Made by a program: the position numbers and the translations under genes. 64,000 nucleotides of DNA from Pirellulaceae bacterium (GTDB lineage: Bacteria > Planctomycetota > Planctomycetia > Pirellulales > Pirellulaceae): NCBI GenBank assembly GCA_963714685.1, contig CAVQPH010000015.1, positions 46,513 to 110,512 on the forward strand, given 5' to 3'. The notes below the pieces were generated by a model that was given only the letters and a program-made list of their open reading frames with translations, was not told the origin of the DNA and did not search any database. Positions 33,075-43,740 of this stretch are shown here, one piece after another (within the stretch, counting starts at the first letter, position 1; each line of letters begins with the position of its first letter).

Positions 33075-33827
33075 CTAATAATTGTTCGTCGTCGTGGAGG
33101 CGGTATCGTCATGAAGTTTGGCGACGAGTGTCTGGATCGGGCCCACGTTACTCGCGCGAGCGGGCCAAGTCGTGCGGATGTCAAACCCGGTCTCGGTTTT
33201 GATGCCGCTGTCCCACCAAAACCAGCCTCCGGAGATGATCCCCACGACCTCAAAATTTTCATTGAAAACGGGCCCGCCGGAATCGCCTGGCAGCAGCGGG
33301 ACATCTGCAAAAATCTTTTCGAGACTGGACGGAGACGACGCCACGGCCGAGAAATGTCGGACACAACACTTGAGGTCGGAACCACCCCCGAGGCCGGCGA
33401 ACTCCAACTCGTCGCCCATTTCGATCGGCTTGCTGGCCAATTTCGCTGCGGGAATATCATTCGGCACCCAAACCCATAACAACGCGACATCTTTGTCTTC
33501 ATCGTAGTGGACGACCCGACAGCCTTTGGAACGCCTGCCGTTGCGAAAGCTGACTTTGATTTTGCTTTCCTCGATGTCGTCCTGGATCACGTGCCAGGCC
33601 GTCAAAACGTAGCCTTCAAAACCGTCTTTGACCGGTTTGGTTTGATCGACATTGATCACCACACCGGTTCCGTTTCCGCCTTGTGAGGCGACCTCAACAA
33701 TTGATTGGTGGTGAGGTAGCTTCTTGGTCCACTTCCAGAGTCCGGAAGTGTCGCCAACCTGCGCGTTGGATGTCAAAGTGATTAAGAAAACAATCACCAA
33801 GGACATCGTGAGAGAATGCCTGTTCAT
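33075..33827 (-). CDS. Secreted trypsin-like serine protease
   Basis: Signal peptide; catalytic triad LTAWH, DVALL, GDSGGP. Confidence 0.9.
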   Translation of the reverse strand: MNRHSLTMSLVIVFLITLTSNAQVGDTSGLWKWTKKLPHHQSIVEVASQGGNGTGVVINVDQTKPVKDGFEGYVLTAWHVIQDDIEESKIKVSFRNGRRSKGCRVVHYDEDKDVALLWVWVPNDIPAAKLASKPIEMGDELEFAGLGGGSDLKCCVRHFSAVASSPSSLEKIFADVPLLPGDSGGPVFNENFEVVGIISGGWFWWDSGIKTETGFDIRTTWPARASNVGPIQTLVAKLHDDTASTTTNNY

Positions 33828-34161
33828 ACACTGCCTCCTAAGGCAGGGCGATCAGGTCACTTTGATTCCAACGTTGTTCTAGTCCGTTGAGAATGGCAGG
33901 ACCTGCCCGCCACATGGATTACGCTTCGCTTTAGATAATTCCTGAAGAACAAATCGTATTTATCAATGTCGGTCGACAAGGTTTGCGCTATCCACATAAT
34001 TTTCAGCATTGCCAAAAAAGGCGACATAAAGACCAATGCAATGACGGTTGCCGATGCATTCAGAAACCTGACAGCATGGCGAAATCAACGAAAAACAGAA
34101 CGAATTGACGGTCGCTGAGTTGGCTGCAGGCAATTTGCCGGCAGCCGACAGCGAGTGCTGC

Positions 34162-35277
34162 CTAAATCGTGACAGCGGCACCGTCGTGGCTCGCCGACTT
34201 CATTACCGCGTCCATCACCTGTTGGGTTTTGAGGGAAATCTGAGGCCAGTGCGGGTCAGGTGTTCCCGAATTTGCCAACTTGGAAAAATTGCGAAACAGG
34301 TTGGCTTCCTGCGAGTTGACGGTACCATGTCCCGCTTCTGGCAATGTGTAATCCGTTCGGTTCTCGATCATCGCAAAATCACAACCGTCCACGGTGAACT
34401 CCGAATTGGTAACGAAAAACGTAGCCTGTTCGTGCGCAAAGGGGAGTACGAAATCGGGCACCGATAGATGGCCGTTCGTTCCGCTGATGTTTGCCCACTG
34501 TTGATGCTGCGTCGCAAAGCTGTTGTAAAACACCGCCGAAACGCCGTTCTTGAAAAAGAGTTCTGCCGAGATTTCCATCGGCACGGCTTGGGGACTGTCC
34601 GGGCGTTTAAATCCGCGCAACAGGTTGCCCGTCACCCGCTCAGGCATTTCGTATTTCATGGCCCAAAGGATAAATCGGATCGTGTACCAACCAAGATCCC
34701 CCAGGCATCCGAGGGGTTCGAGCTCACTATTGGTCCGAATATTCCCCTGTTCGAATTCAGGGCCGCCATTGAAACTGAATTGGCAGGCAACTCGGCGGAT
34801 CTCTCCAACAGATCTCCCGTCGTCGAGGATTTCGCGCATCTTTGCCAGGCGTTGGGTGTGCATGTACATCACGCCATCCATAAACTGGACGTTGTTTGCT
34901 TCGCAAGCCGCGGTCATTTCCGCCAACTCATCGGCGTGATTGGCGCACGGTTTTTCGCACATCACATGTTTGCCCGCTTGCGCGGCCTTGATCACCCATT
35001 CTTTCCGAAGTGCGGTTGGCAACGGGATATAAACCGCATCGATATCGGATTGGGAAAGCAGTTGGTCGTAGCCTTCGACTGCCCGAGGGGGATTCGAAAA
35101 GGGAACGGTCGATGAACATTCATCGATAAACGTCTGCGCTTTTTCCCCGCTGCGACTGGCGACGGCGACGACCACGCCGTTGCCGGAGTTCTTGATCGCC
35201 AGCCAGTTTTTCTTGCCAATTTCGGCAGTGCTGAGAAAGCCCCAACGGCAAGTCTGTTTTTCTGTGGATTGACTCAT
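34162..35277 (-). CDS. Gfo/Idh/MocA family oxidoreductase
   Basis: WGFLSTAEIG, AVASR, DAVYIPLPT, GKHVMCEKP, GCLGDLGWY. Confidence 0.93.
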   Translation of the reverse strand: MSQSTEKQTCRWGFLSTAEIGKKNWLAIKNSGNGVVVAVASRSGEKAQTFIDECSSTVPFSNPPRAVEGYDQLLSQSDIDAVYIPLPTALRKEWVIKAAQAGKHVMCEKPCANHADELAEMTAACEANNVQFMDGVMYMHTQRLAKMREILDDGRSVGEIRRVACQFSFNGGPEFEQGNIRTNSELEPLGCLGDLGWYTIRFILWAMKYEMPERVTGNLLRGFKRPDSPQAVPMEISAELFFKNGVSAVFYNSFATQHQQWANISGTNGHLSVPDFVLPFAHEQATFFVTNSEFTVDGCDFAMIENRTDYTLPEAGHGTVNSQEANLFRNFSKLANSGTPDPHWPQISLKTQQVMDAVMKSASHDGAAVTI

Positions 35278-35394
35278 GGCTCGCTTCGCGTCGAAATTGG
35301 GGGTTGAAAAAAACGAAAAATGCAGTGCCTATTCTGGGGTTTTTGAGCTGATTCGCAAGCCGGAGACGAGGCGGAGTGAGACTTGAGGTGGAAA

Positions 35395-35718
35395 CTACAG
35401 CTCATCCAATTCCGCTTTGATCGCCTCGACCTCGGCCCGACGTCCCAACGCATGGGCGGTTGCCCGTTTCCAATCGATGCCCAAATACTCGGCTAGTTTA
35501 TAGGCCAGGTGGAGATCCAGGACGCCGCGATATTGATTCACCAGGCCGTCGTCGGTGTAGAGGGTATTGCGGTTGGTGTCAAAACCAGATTCGAAGTTGT
35601 CGACCAGTTCTTCAATCCATGATTCGGGAATCCCTTCCTGGCGGCAGGTCGCTTCCTGCCAGATTTCGTCGCCAGTGCACTTGAGCAAAATCAGTTGGGC
35701 GGAAATTGGGTTCAACAT
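35395..35718 (-). CDS. Hypothetical protein
   Basis: 107-aa acidic ORF co-oriented with its neighbours; no recognised motif. Confidence 0.65.
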   Translation of the reverse strand: MLNPISAQLILLKCTGDEIWQEATCRQEGIPESWIEELVDNFESGFDTNRNTLYTDDGLVNQYRGVLDLHLAYKLAEYLGIDWKRATAHALGRRAEVEAIKAELDEL

Positions 35719-35789
35719 AGTTGCTGGAAAACGTTTGTTGCTCGGCAGCCAGTTGTTTCATGTCGCCGATGAATCGCGGCCGCAAAGTC

Positions 35790-37059
35790 TCAGTTGTTTG
35801 AAACGCAATAAAGATGGGACAGTGACCGGAGGATCATCCTGTTGCCGCTGATGGCCGGCGAGGCATTGAACCCGTCACCCAGTTGCGATACCGCAAGCGA
35901 GTTGAAATTCCTGCCTGGTTGGATGACATGGATACTTCCCTCGCCTGAGAAAAAATAGATCTTACCATCGGCGTAAACCGGTGACGCGGCAAAGGTTCCG
36001 CCAACCCGCTGTTGCCAAATATATTCTCCAGTGACCGGGTCAATGCAGGACATGATTCCTTTGTCGTCTGCCATATAGACCAAACCGTCAACCGAAATCA
36101 ACGAAGATTTTCGAGCCACCGATTTCGACAAACTCCAGGCGATGTTCGATTCCGTAATGTCGGCTGTTCCGTCCGGACGCACAGCGAAGAGTTTGCCCAT
36201 CCCGTTGGTGATTAACACCAATCCGTTTGCCGTCAAAATCGGCCGCGCTGACGCATTCATGCCGTCATGAAACACCCGCCAAATTTCTTTTCCGGTTGAT
36301 GGCTCGTAGGCGATCGTCGCCGAAAGCGCTCGGGTAAACCAGCAGTGGTTTGCCATTGACTTCAAAAATCGAGCCGGTGCCGTAGGCTTTTTTCCAGTCA
36401 CCGTTATCTTTGGCGTACTCAATATTTCGATCGCGTTTCCACCGGGTTTGACCGGTCGTTTTGTCGAGCGCGACCACATACTGCTGGTCGTAGCCATCAA
36501 AGGCGACAATCAGCAGCCCTGCGAAGAGAATGGGTGAGGAAGCCGGCCCCCGGTAATGGTCGCATTCGAAATCGGTACGGCTCCAGATGACCTCGGCCGT
36601 TTGGGTGTCGATGCAAGCCGTCCCGTATTTGCCGAAATGCACATACAACCGGCCATCTTCGATCGCCGGCGTTGGACTGGCGTAGCTATTGGTTGGATGG
36701 CAAAAATCTGGAGTTTCGTTCTCATATAACACAAAATCGTGAAGCACTTTACCCGTGGCCAGCTCCACGCAGATGACCGACATTCGGGTGCCGTCCTCGG
36801 TCGCTGTGGTCAACCAGACTTGCTCGCCCCAGATTACCGGCGACGACCAGCCTTTGCCATGAATCGCGACCTTCCATTGAACGTTTTTGTCTTCACCAAA
36901 TTCGACTGGCAACTCGCTTTGACTGGCGTGGCCGTCGGCCGTCGGGCCGCGAAACTCCGGCCAGTTCCTGATCGGCAAATCGTCCTGCCCGGCCACGCTG
37001 TGGGTTAGCACCAACGCGGAGGCCAGGCAAGCAAACAGGAAGCAAAAATCAGCTCTCAT
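35790..37059 (-). CDS. PQQ-binding-like beta-propeller protein (planctomycete BamB-like); frameshift near 36325
   Basis: NWPEFRGP, GWSSPVIW, SYASPTP, ALDKTTGQTRW in the first ORF; FAASPVYADGKIY, FNASPAIS and HLYC in the second. Confidence 0.88.
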
Positions 37060-38030
37060 TTTGATTCAGTCGGTTGGGGCAATAATTGAATGGGAACCTG
37101 GATGACAGGGTCTTTGGCCCAAGGCACTTTGAGTCTTGCCTCAAGCATCCAGCTTACTTCAAAATTCGAGCCGGATTGAGTCCACGGGCCGTCGAATTCC
37201 GGAATGGCAATTGGAAATTCATGAACAGATTCACTGCTGATCAAGTTTGGAGATTCGACGTTGCCCAACTCGTGGCGATGAACATGGCTGTCGGTGTGAC
37301 CATGGGCGGATACGGATTCTTTACCTACCAGGCAAAGACCAATTTCGTCGACCTTCAGCGGTTCCGGAGTCTCCACGGTCAGCATACCCAGTGCCGAATC
37401 TCCGCAGGCCATCGTGTTTCGCTCGACGGCAAGATTGAGCGCGACGGATTTGCCAAAGATCCCTTCCCAGAATGATCGCCCGTTTTCATCGGGAAATACG
37501 GCATGTACGGGGTGGATTGATTCCGGGGGTCGCGGTTCGGTGACCACTTCGAATTCTGTGGATTCACACCAATCGACCCGAATCGGCAGGTCGACGGAGA
37601 CCGTCAGCCGATAGAAAATCTGGCATTTTTTGCCTTTGAATGACGCAGCGGCATGCTCCGGAATCTTTACCGGGACGGAGAATTCCAGTTCGCCCGGCTG
37701 AACCAAGGTATGCTGGCCACCGCCAAACCAGGTTGCCAGAGAATCCAATAGCCGGGCGAAAAACCCCTTTCGTTCGCTGCCCTGTAACAGCAACTTCTCC
37801 CGCACGATGTCAACGTATTGGGTCGCCGTTTGCGTTTTTGTCTGCGTTTTCCCTTTGGAATCGGTGGACGTCGTGGTGTAGGTCGCTTCGGTTTTTTCGG
37901 CGCCGTGAAACTCGGCTCGGATGCCGCGCACGCGCGTCGGTTTGTCGAATCGGATTCGAACCTTGACCGTCTTTGTCTCGCCGGGAAACAGACGTTCGGT
38001 CGTCGCATCAATCTGGATTTTATCGCTCAT
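37056..38030 (-). CDS. Arrestin-like protein (tandem Arrestin_N/Arrestin_C-type beta-sandwiches; arrestin/Vps26/Spo0M clan)
   Basis: LFPGETKTVKVRI...VRGIRAEFHGAEKT...PGELEFSVPVKIPEHAAASFKGKKCQIFYRLTVSVDLP. The second repeat ends HEFPIAIP...SNFEVSWMLEARLKVPWAKDPVIQVPIQL. Confidence 0.7.
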   Translation of the reverse strand: MSDKIQIDATTERLFPGETKTVKVRIRFDKPTRVRGIRAEFHGAEKTEATYTTTSTDSKGKTQTKTQTATQYVDIVREKLLLQGSERKGFFARLLDSLATWFGGGQHTLVQPGELEFSVPVKIPEHAAASFKGKKCQIFYRLTVSVDLPIRVDWCESTEFEVVTEPRPPESIHPVHAVFPDENGRSFWEGIFGKSVALNLAVERNTMACGDSALGMLTVETPEPLKVDEIGLCLVGKESVSAHGHTDSHVHRHELGNVESPNLISSESVHEFPIAIPEFDGPWTQSGSNFEVSWMLEARLKVPWAKDPVIQVPIQLLPQPTESK

Positions 38031-38145
38031 GCAAAACAGACATCGCCATGCACAATTCTTTCGGGCCGTAATCGACACCCAGCATTAGAGCGAAGATCTG
38101 GCGGCAAATCAAACAAGGCGATCGCAGAAACAGAGGATTGCCGGG

Positions 38146-38628
38146 TCAGCCAGCTACCGGATTGGCGCACGTTGAATCAGCGCCAGAGTGCTCGGACGAC
38201 ATGGCCTCACGTTCCCGCTGAATCTGCGAGGCCAGTTCATTGAATTGTTCCGCGAGTTCCGGCCAGAAATCTCCGTCGCGGAAGTGCAAAGGACGGATCT
38301 GCTCACCGTTCTGGAGTTTGATCATTTCGTTCCGCAACCGATGCAGCGGTCCGGCGATCTTGTTGGATCCCTTCAACAGGTCGAGAGCAAAAACAGGAAG
38401 CAAAACAAAGCTGGCCAGGATTGCCGGAGCATAATGGTTCCAAAGCTCGTAAATCAGTGGAAGTGCGGACCGAGATGGATCCTTCAATGCGGTGAAGATC
38501 ACGACCACCAACAGGATCAATGAGGTGCAGAGGTACCAATGAAAGATACTGCGCTTGATAATGGCGCCTTGGGCTTCCCGGTTGATCCAGAGTTGCTTAC
38601 GAAAATGGCGTGCTTTTTTGTCAGTCAT
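38146..38628 (-). CDS. Two-TM membrane protein with HAMP-like C-terminus
   Basis: RKQLWIN..AQG, two TM helices, SNKIAGPLHRLR...FRDGDFWPELAEQFN. Confidence 0.7.
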   Translation of the reverse strand: MTDKKARHFRKQLWINREAQGAIIKRSIFHWYLCTSLILLVVVIFTALKDPSRSALPLIYELWNHYAPAILASFVLLPVFALDLLKGSNKIAGPLHRLRNEMIKLQNGEQIRPLHFRDGDFWPELAEQFNELASQIQREREAMSSEHSGADSTCANPVAG

Positions 38629-38820
38629 AGCGTTGGGTTACTGGAAGGTCTGCGAGTTTTGCCTAACAAAAACCTAGCTTATTCGTTGTCGGTAATCCGA
38701 ACTTTTTTTGAAAAGAGCTGGCTATCCATTCACGATGTTGCGTAAAAGCAACATTCGGCCCCTTTTCGTTTGGACGCCCGCCATCCGTTGCTATCGCGGA
38801 ACGGACGTTTGACGTACTAA

Positions 38821-40256
38821 GAATCGCGGGAGAAATAACTTTGGGCTTTGCGTCGCAAATGCTTTGCTCATGTCTCCCCGCAAATTCGGACGCAATCGCG
38901 CTGCCGCCTAATCCAACTGACTCCGAATTTGTGGGGAGAGGGGGCTGGGGGGTGAGGGGCAAAAACCCGCTGCCTTGCTGGTTTCTGCCGTAGGAATCCC
39001 TACGTAACAAACCATTGCAGCATAAATCAAACGAGGCAATCTCCTCACCCCCCGCCCCCCTCTCCTCGTGAATTCGGAGAACGCTGGATTCGAATGGAAA
39101 GTAGGCGCGTCCGAATTCACGAGGAGAGGGGGAGCCAATAGGATTTTGAGAAACACCGAAGTTGTTGATCATTTGAATCTCAGCAGACAAACGTTGCATC
39201 GCCGGCGCGAGAACAGCCGATCTGAAGTTCTTCACCCACAACCACACGGGCTCCCCCTCGCCCCGCAAATTCGGACGTAATCGCACTGCCACCTAATCCA
39301 ACGGACTCCGAATTTGTGGGGAGAGGGGGCTGGGGGGTGAGGGGCAAAAACCCGCTGCCTTGCTGGTTTCTGCCGTAGGAATCCCTACGTAACAAACCAT
39401 TGCAGCATAAATCAAACGAGGCAATCTCCTCACCCCCCGACCCCCTCTCCTCGTGAATTCGGAGAACGCTGGATTCGAATGGAAAGTAGGCGCGTCCGAA
39501 TTCACGAGGAGAGGGGGAGCCAATAGGATTTTGAGAAACACCGAAGTTGTTGATCATTTGAATCTCAGCAGACAAACGTTGCATCGCGCGGCGCGAGAAC
39601 AGCCGATCTGAAGTTCTTCACCCACAACCACACGGGCTCCCCCTCGCCCCGCAAATTCGGACGTAATCGCGCTGCCACCTAATCCAACTGACTCCGAATT
39701 TGTGGGGAGAGGGGGCTGGGGGGTGAGGGGCAAAAACCCGCTGCCTTGCTGGTTTCTGCCGTAGGAATCCCTGCGTAACAAACCATTGCAGCATAAATCA
39801 AACGAGGCAATCTCCTCACCCCCCGACCCCCTCTCCTCGTGAATTCGGAGAACGCTGGATTCGAATGGAAGGTAGGCGCGTCCGAATTCACGAGGAGAGG
39901 GGGAGCCAATAGGATTGTGAGAAACACCGAAGTTGTTGATCATTTGAGTCTCAGCAGACAAACGTTGCATCGCGCGGCGCGAGAACAGCCGATCTGAAGT
40001 TCTTCACCCACAACCACACGGGCTCCCCCTCGCCCCGCAAATTCGGACGTAATCGCGCTGCCACCTAATCCAACTGACTCCGAATTTGTGGGGAGAGGGG
40101 GCTGGGGGGTGAGGGGCAAAAACCCGCTGCCTTGTGGTTTCTGCCGTAGGAATCCACGTAAATCCAATTCGGAACGCGGTTCGAATGTCGTAAGGGTTCA
40201 GAGAGGGGGAGCCAATAGGATTTTGAGAAACACCGAAGTTATTCTTCCGGCGATGC
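38821..40256. mobile_element. MITE-like non-autonomous element with an internal 385/386-bp tandem array (3 full copies and 1 shortened copy)
   Basis: Imperfect TIRs GAATCGCGGGAGAAATAACTTTGG and CCGAAGTTATTCTTCCGGCGATGC. TAA flanks both ends (38818-38820, 40257-40259). Units start CCCCGCAAATTCGGACG at 38876, 39261, 39647 and 40033. Confidence 0.8.
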
Positions 40257-40415
40257 TAAGTCCAAGGCCGCGGTAACTGCGAGAAACTCAGCTAGGGCTG
40301 CTTGCACGCGAATGGAGCGGATTGGGTTGGGCGGATGTGGCCTGTGAGAAGCTTGCTTTTGCTGGTTACGCCCTACCCTTTTGGGGTTTTGCGCCGGAAT
40401 CCCCACGCCCCGGAT

Positions 40416-41013
40416 CTAACGTAAATACTTCGGACCGCTCGCAAATTCGTGGCCCCTCCAGACGAATCGGAGCTTTCGGTTTTTGGCGCTGGTGACCCCG
40501 ATTCTGACTGTGGTTTTAATGTCACGGTCGGGCAGCGTAAGCGAATCGTCTTCAATCCAAAGTCCCGCTGCCCGCGCTAGTTTGACACCATTGAAGGTTC
40601 GATCAATCTGAGAGCGCTTCGCACAGACACGATGGACCACGGGTCAAACGTTTGGGATTTGAACAATTGCGGTGTCGCATCATTTGATCGAGTCCCTGTA
40701 AAGGCTCGAGTGCCCGGATCAACACGGCCGAACCGATTTCTTTTTTTTCGGTCACAACATTGAAACAACAGCGACTGTGGATGGGATAGACGTAGGCGAC
40801 GCCGGCCGTACCAAACATGACCTCGGTCCGGGGCGTGCGGTATTTATTGGCATGGCAGGCCGAATCGTTCCCAAACAAATAAGCTTCCGTTTCCACAATC
40901 CGTCCCGAAAGGATTCGGTCGCCGAAGCTCCGCATTAAGACCTTGCCGACCAGCCGACGGGCAACTGTCTGAGGGGCACGTTGATAGAATCGGACGGTCA
41001 ATTCTTTCGTCAT
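40416..41013 (-). CDS. DNA-3-methyladenine glycosylase (MPG/AAG family); frameshift near 40610
   Basis: VARRLVGK, GRIVETEAY, AYVY, AVLIRALEP, GPSCLC and, in the next frame, RIGVT...LRF. Confidence 0.9.
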
Positions 41014-41023
41014 CGTTCTTTCG

Positions 41024-42164
41024 TCATCGCGTTTCCGGTTCACCGTCGGAGTCGGATTGCTGGTTTGCCCGTTGGATGGGGAGCATCGGAAGCAGCCCAA
41101 CTTTGATCGCCGTAAAACCAGCAAAAACGCCGATCCCCAAACCGACGCCCGCTGCATCCATTCCCAGATCCGTTAACCGGGTGGTCCGATCACTTAGAAA
41201 CAACTGCAAGCCTTCGGTCGCAAGCGCCAACAGACAAACAATTGAGATCAGCTGCAGCCATGTCATCCGAAACTTTGATTTTAAGACCAGTGTGATCAGC
41301 GTGAACAATGCAAAACATAGCGTGTGACCCAGCTTGCCCGCTGTGAAATGGAACATCGTCCAATCCGGATAGGCTGCGTGGGCGGTTGCAACCAAAGAGT
41401 CGAGGGGCTCGAGTAAATAATTAATCGAATTCAAAGGCATCATGATACAGCCAGCCATCGCGAAGACCAGGATCGCCGGCAGTACCAGCAACCGACCCTG
41501 TCCGGACTCGATCAGATGGGCTGCCACCAGTACCAGAAAAACGACCCAACCGAATAACAGGATTCCGAAGCCCAGGTAAAACAGGGGCAATGGCTTGACG
41601 ACTTGAACGACGCGGCCCGCGAACCGCAATGGTCCCGGGGCTATTGAGCAGTCGAATCAACAGCTCCAAATGCACTGTTTCCGGATCGGGTTGAAAGGTG
41701 ATCCAATGCTGGCCTGCCCCACCCCAACCTCGAAAGACAGCGAGGTTGTTGACCGACAGCCGCTCGTCCTGATCCCCACCAAATTCACAGACCGAGACGA
41801 TCGCGCGCGGCGGTTTGACATTTCGTGTCGTTGGCAATTCGCAGGAAATCTGGCATCCCACTCGCAATCAATTGTTGTTGCCCGCGCTTTTGAGCGGCCG
41901 TTCCCAACGCAATTTCGCCCAACCGCTCCCGGTCGTCGAACGGGAGATGGAAATCCCGTCAGGCAGCATCTGGAAATCCCCAGCGTCATCCGCCAGTTTC
42001 CAGGCTGCCGATGGGCCCTGGCCTTCGATCGAAACGGTGGATGTCACCGGGGTATACCGAGGCAGCAGAATTCCCAACATCCAAGTGACGCCAGTCAGCA
42101 ACGCGAAGACCCACAGCAGTTGTGCTCTCGTTTCATCTCGCAATTTGTCAGAAAAACCAGTCAA
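41024..42164 (-). CDS. VanZ-family membrane protein with an N-terminal extracytoplasmic domain, frameshifted
   Basis: C-terminal KLGHTLCFALF...ATEGLQLFLSDRT..LTDLGMDAAG is a VanZ motif. Upstream pieces 41868-42164 and 41421-41867 appear contiguous. Confidence 0.65.
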
Positions 42165-42503
42165 TTTCGGTAATCTTCAGTTGGAAAGCCGGCAGGGTTG
42201 GGTCGCTGGGAGGTCTGGGTGATTTAGCCAACTTGCTTGGTGCCTTTAAAATCGCCTTGGAAACCCGGTTGACAGGAGATTTTGACAGATTGGCAAAAAG
42301 ATAGGTTTATCGAGATAAGGTTGGATTTCGATTTATTTCATCTAATAATGCCGCAAAAAGCCACAATCTGCTATCATTTAAGTCTGCGAGCCGGGTTGTT
42401 TTATACGGTACTTATGCTCGCGGAAGGCCCAAAGGCACGTCATGTGAGCGTAAGTTTGGCGCCGTTATTATTTTGATTCGTTTTAAGGAGGTTGCAAAAC
42501 GCA

Positions 42504-43547
42504 ATGAGAGATTTTTCAAAAATCGGGGTTCGACGAGCTGCTTTTACGCTCGTCGAGTTATTGGTCGTGATCGCGATCATCGGCATTCTGATCGGGATGT
42601 TGCTACCGGCCGTCCAGCAAGTTCGCGAAGCGGCACGTCGGTCAGCCTGCTCGAACAATTTACGCCAATTGGCCGTCGCTTGCCACAACTATGAAAGCTC
42701 AAACGAGGCTTTTCCACCAGGGCTCAACCGCAACAAAATCGGTAAGCGTGGTGACGATGGCCGACCGGTGACGCCGCGTCCCGCCGCGCCGAACCAGGGT
42801 CGTTGGTATGGCTGGGGACTTTACGTTTTGCCGTTTGCCGAGCAGAACACGATGTATGACGAATTCAAAAGGAATACCAATAACTTTAATCAACATTTTT
42901 ATCTCAATCGTGCATCTGATGGCGAGTACCTGGCTTCCCACGTATTGCCAATTTTCATCTGTGGAAGTGACGCCAAAGACGGTGTCCGTAATTTAAATTA
43001 CACGCACAAAAACATCATCGCCAACGGTGAAACCCCCTATGCGAAATCCAACTACGTCGGAAATTCTGGTTCCTGTTGGATTTTTGAATCGGCACAACTG
43101 AATTTCCGTTCCGATTGGGGGCCTTTGTCTCGAAACTCGAGAACCAGCTATGGTTTGATCAAAGATGGATCGAGCAACGTGATTCTGTTGGGCGAACGAT
43201 CTGGTCGCACCGAGGCCGAATCGGGACACCCGAATCCGCGAGTCTCTTACGGCTCAATCTGGGCTGGATTTCTATCCAAAGCGAACACTTACGCCAACGG
43301 GGCTCCCGACGGACAAGAGCGAGCCGATGAATACGCCGTTTTGGGTGTTGTCTTCAGCAATAACGCGCTTGATTGGGGAGTCAACGGTCGCCGGACTCCA
43401 CAGTCGATTGCTTCCAGCGATCACCCTAACGGTGCGAATGTCGCGTTGTGCGATGGTTCGGTGCACTTCCTGAGCGACAATCTTGGTATCAATGTGTTGG
43501 AAGATCTGTCGTCGATGCTCGACGGAGCAGTTGTTCCACCCTTTTAA
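42504..43547 (+). CDS. DUF1559 prepilin-type N-terminal cleavage/methylation protein (copy 1)
   Basis: AFTLVELLVVIAIIGILIGMLLPAVQQVREAARR..CSNN, IKDGSSN.ILLGE, H-X9-DG motif (HPNGANVALCDGSV). Confidence 0.95.
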   Translation: MRDFSKIGVRRAAFTLVELLVVIAIIGILIGMLLPAVQQVREAARRSACSNNLRQLAVACHNYESSNEAFPPGLNRNKIGKRGDDGRPVTPRPAAPNQGRWYGWGLYVLPFAEQNTMYDEFKRNTNNFNQHFYLNRASDGEYLASHVLPIFICGSDAKDGVRNLNYTHKNIIANGETPYAKSNYVGNSGSCWIFESAQLNFRSDWGPLSRNSRTSYGLIKDGSSNVILLGERSGRTEAESGHPNPRVSYGSIWAGFLSKANTYANGAPDGQERADEYAVLGVVFSNNALDWGVNGRRTPQSIASSDHPNGANVALCDGSVHFLSDNLGINVLEDLSSMLDGAVVPPF

Positions 43548-43573
43548 TGATCTGCTGTTTTCAACCAATGTTT

Positions 43574-43612
43574 ACAAAGGCTTGGCGATTCGTTGCCAGG
43601 CCTTTGTTTTTT
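43574..43612 (+). terminator. Rho-independent terminator after DUF1559 copy 1
   Basis: ACAAAGGCTTGGCGA-TTCG-TTGCCAGGCCTTTGT followed by a T run. Confidence 0.7.
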
Positions 43613-43740
43613 GGCCGGCCGAATTCGACTTCGGATTCTGGCAGCGAAAACGGGGAACAAGCATAATGTGATGATTCGATTGTCATCTCCCAGGACGATC
43701 GTTGTCGAAGTTGATCGCAGGAAACTATCTGGAAAATCAA

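Noticed and set aside
38876-40256. CRISPR array, or repeated small protein genes (82-138 aa ORFs) in the 385-bp array
   Set aside because: Units are near-identical throughout, with no unique spacers and no cas genes. The ORFs are translations of palindromic repeat DNA and break differently in each copy.
42269-42310. Two TTGACA hexamers as a sigma70 promoter for the DUF1559 gene
   Set aside because: No convincing -10 hexamer at 16-18 bp spacing from either.
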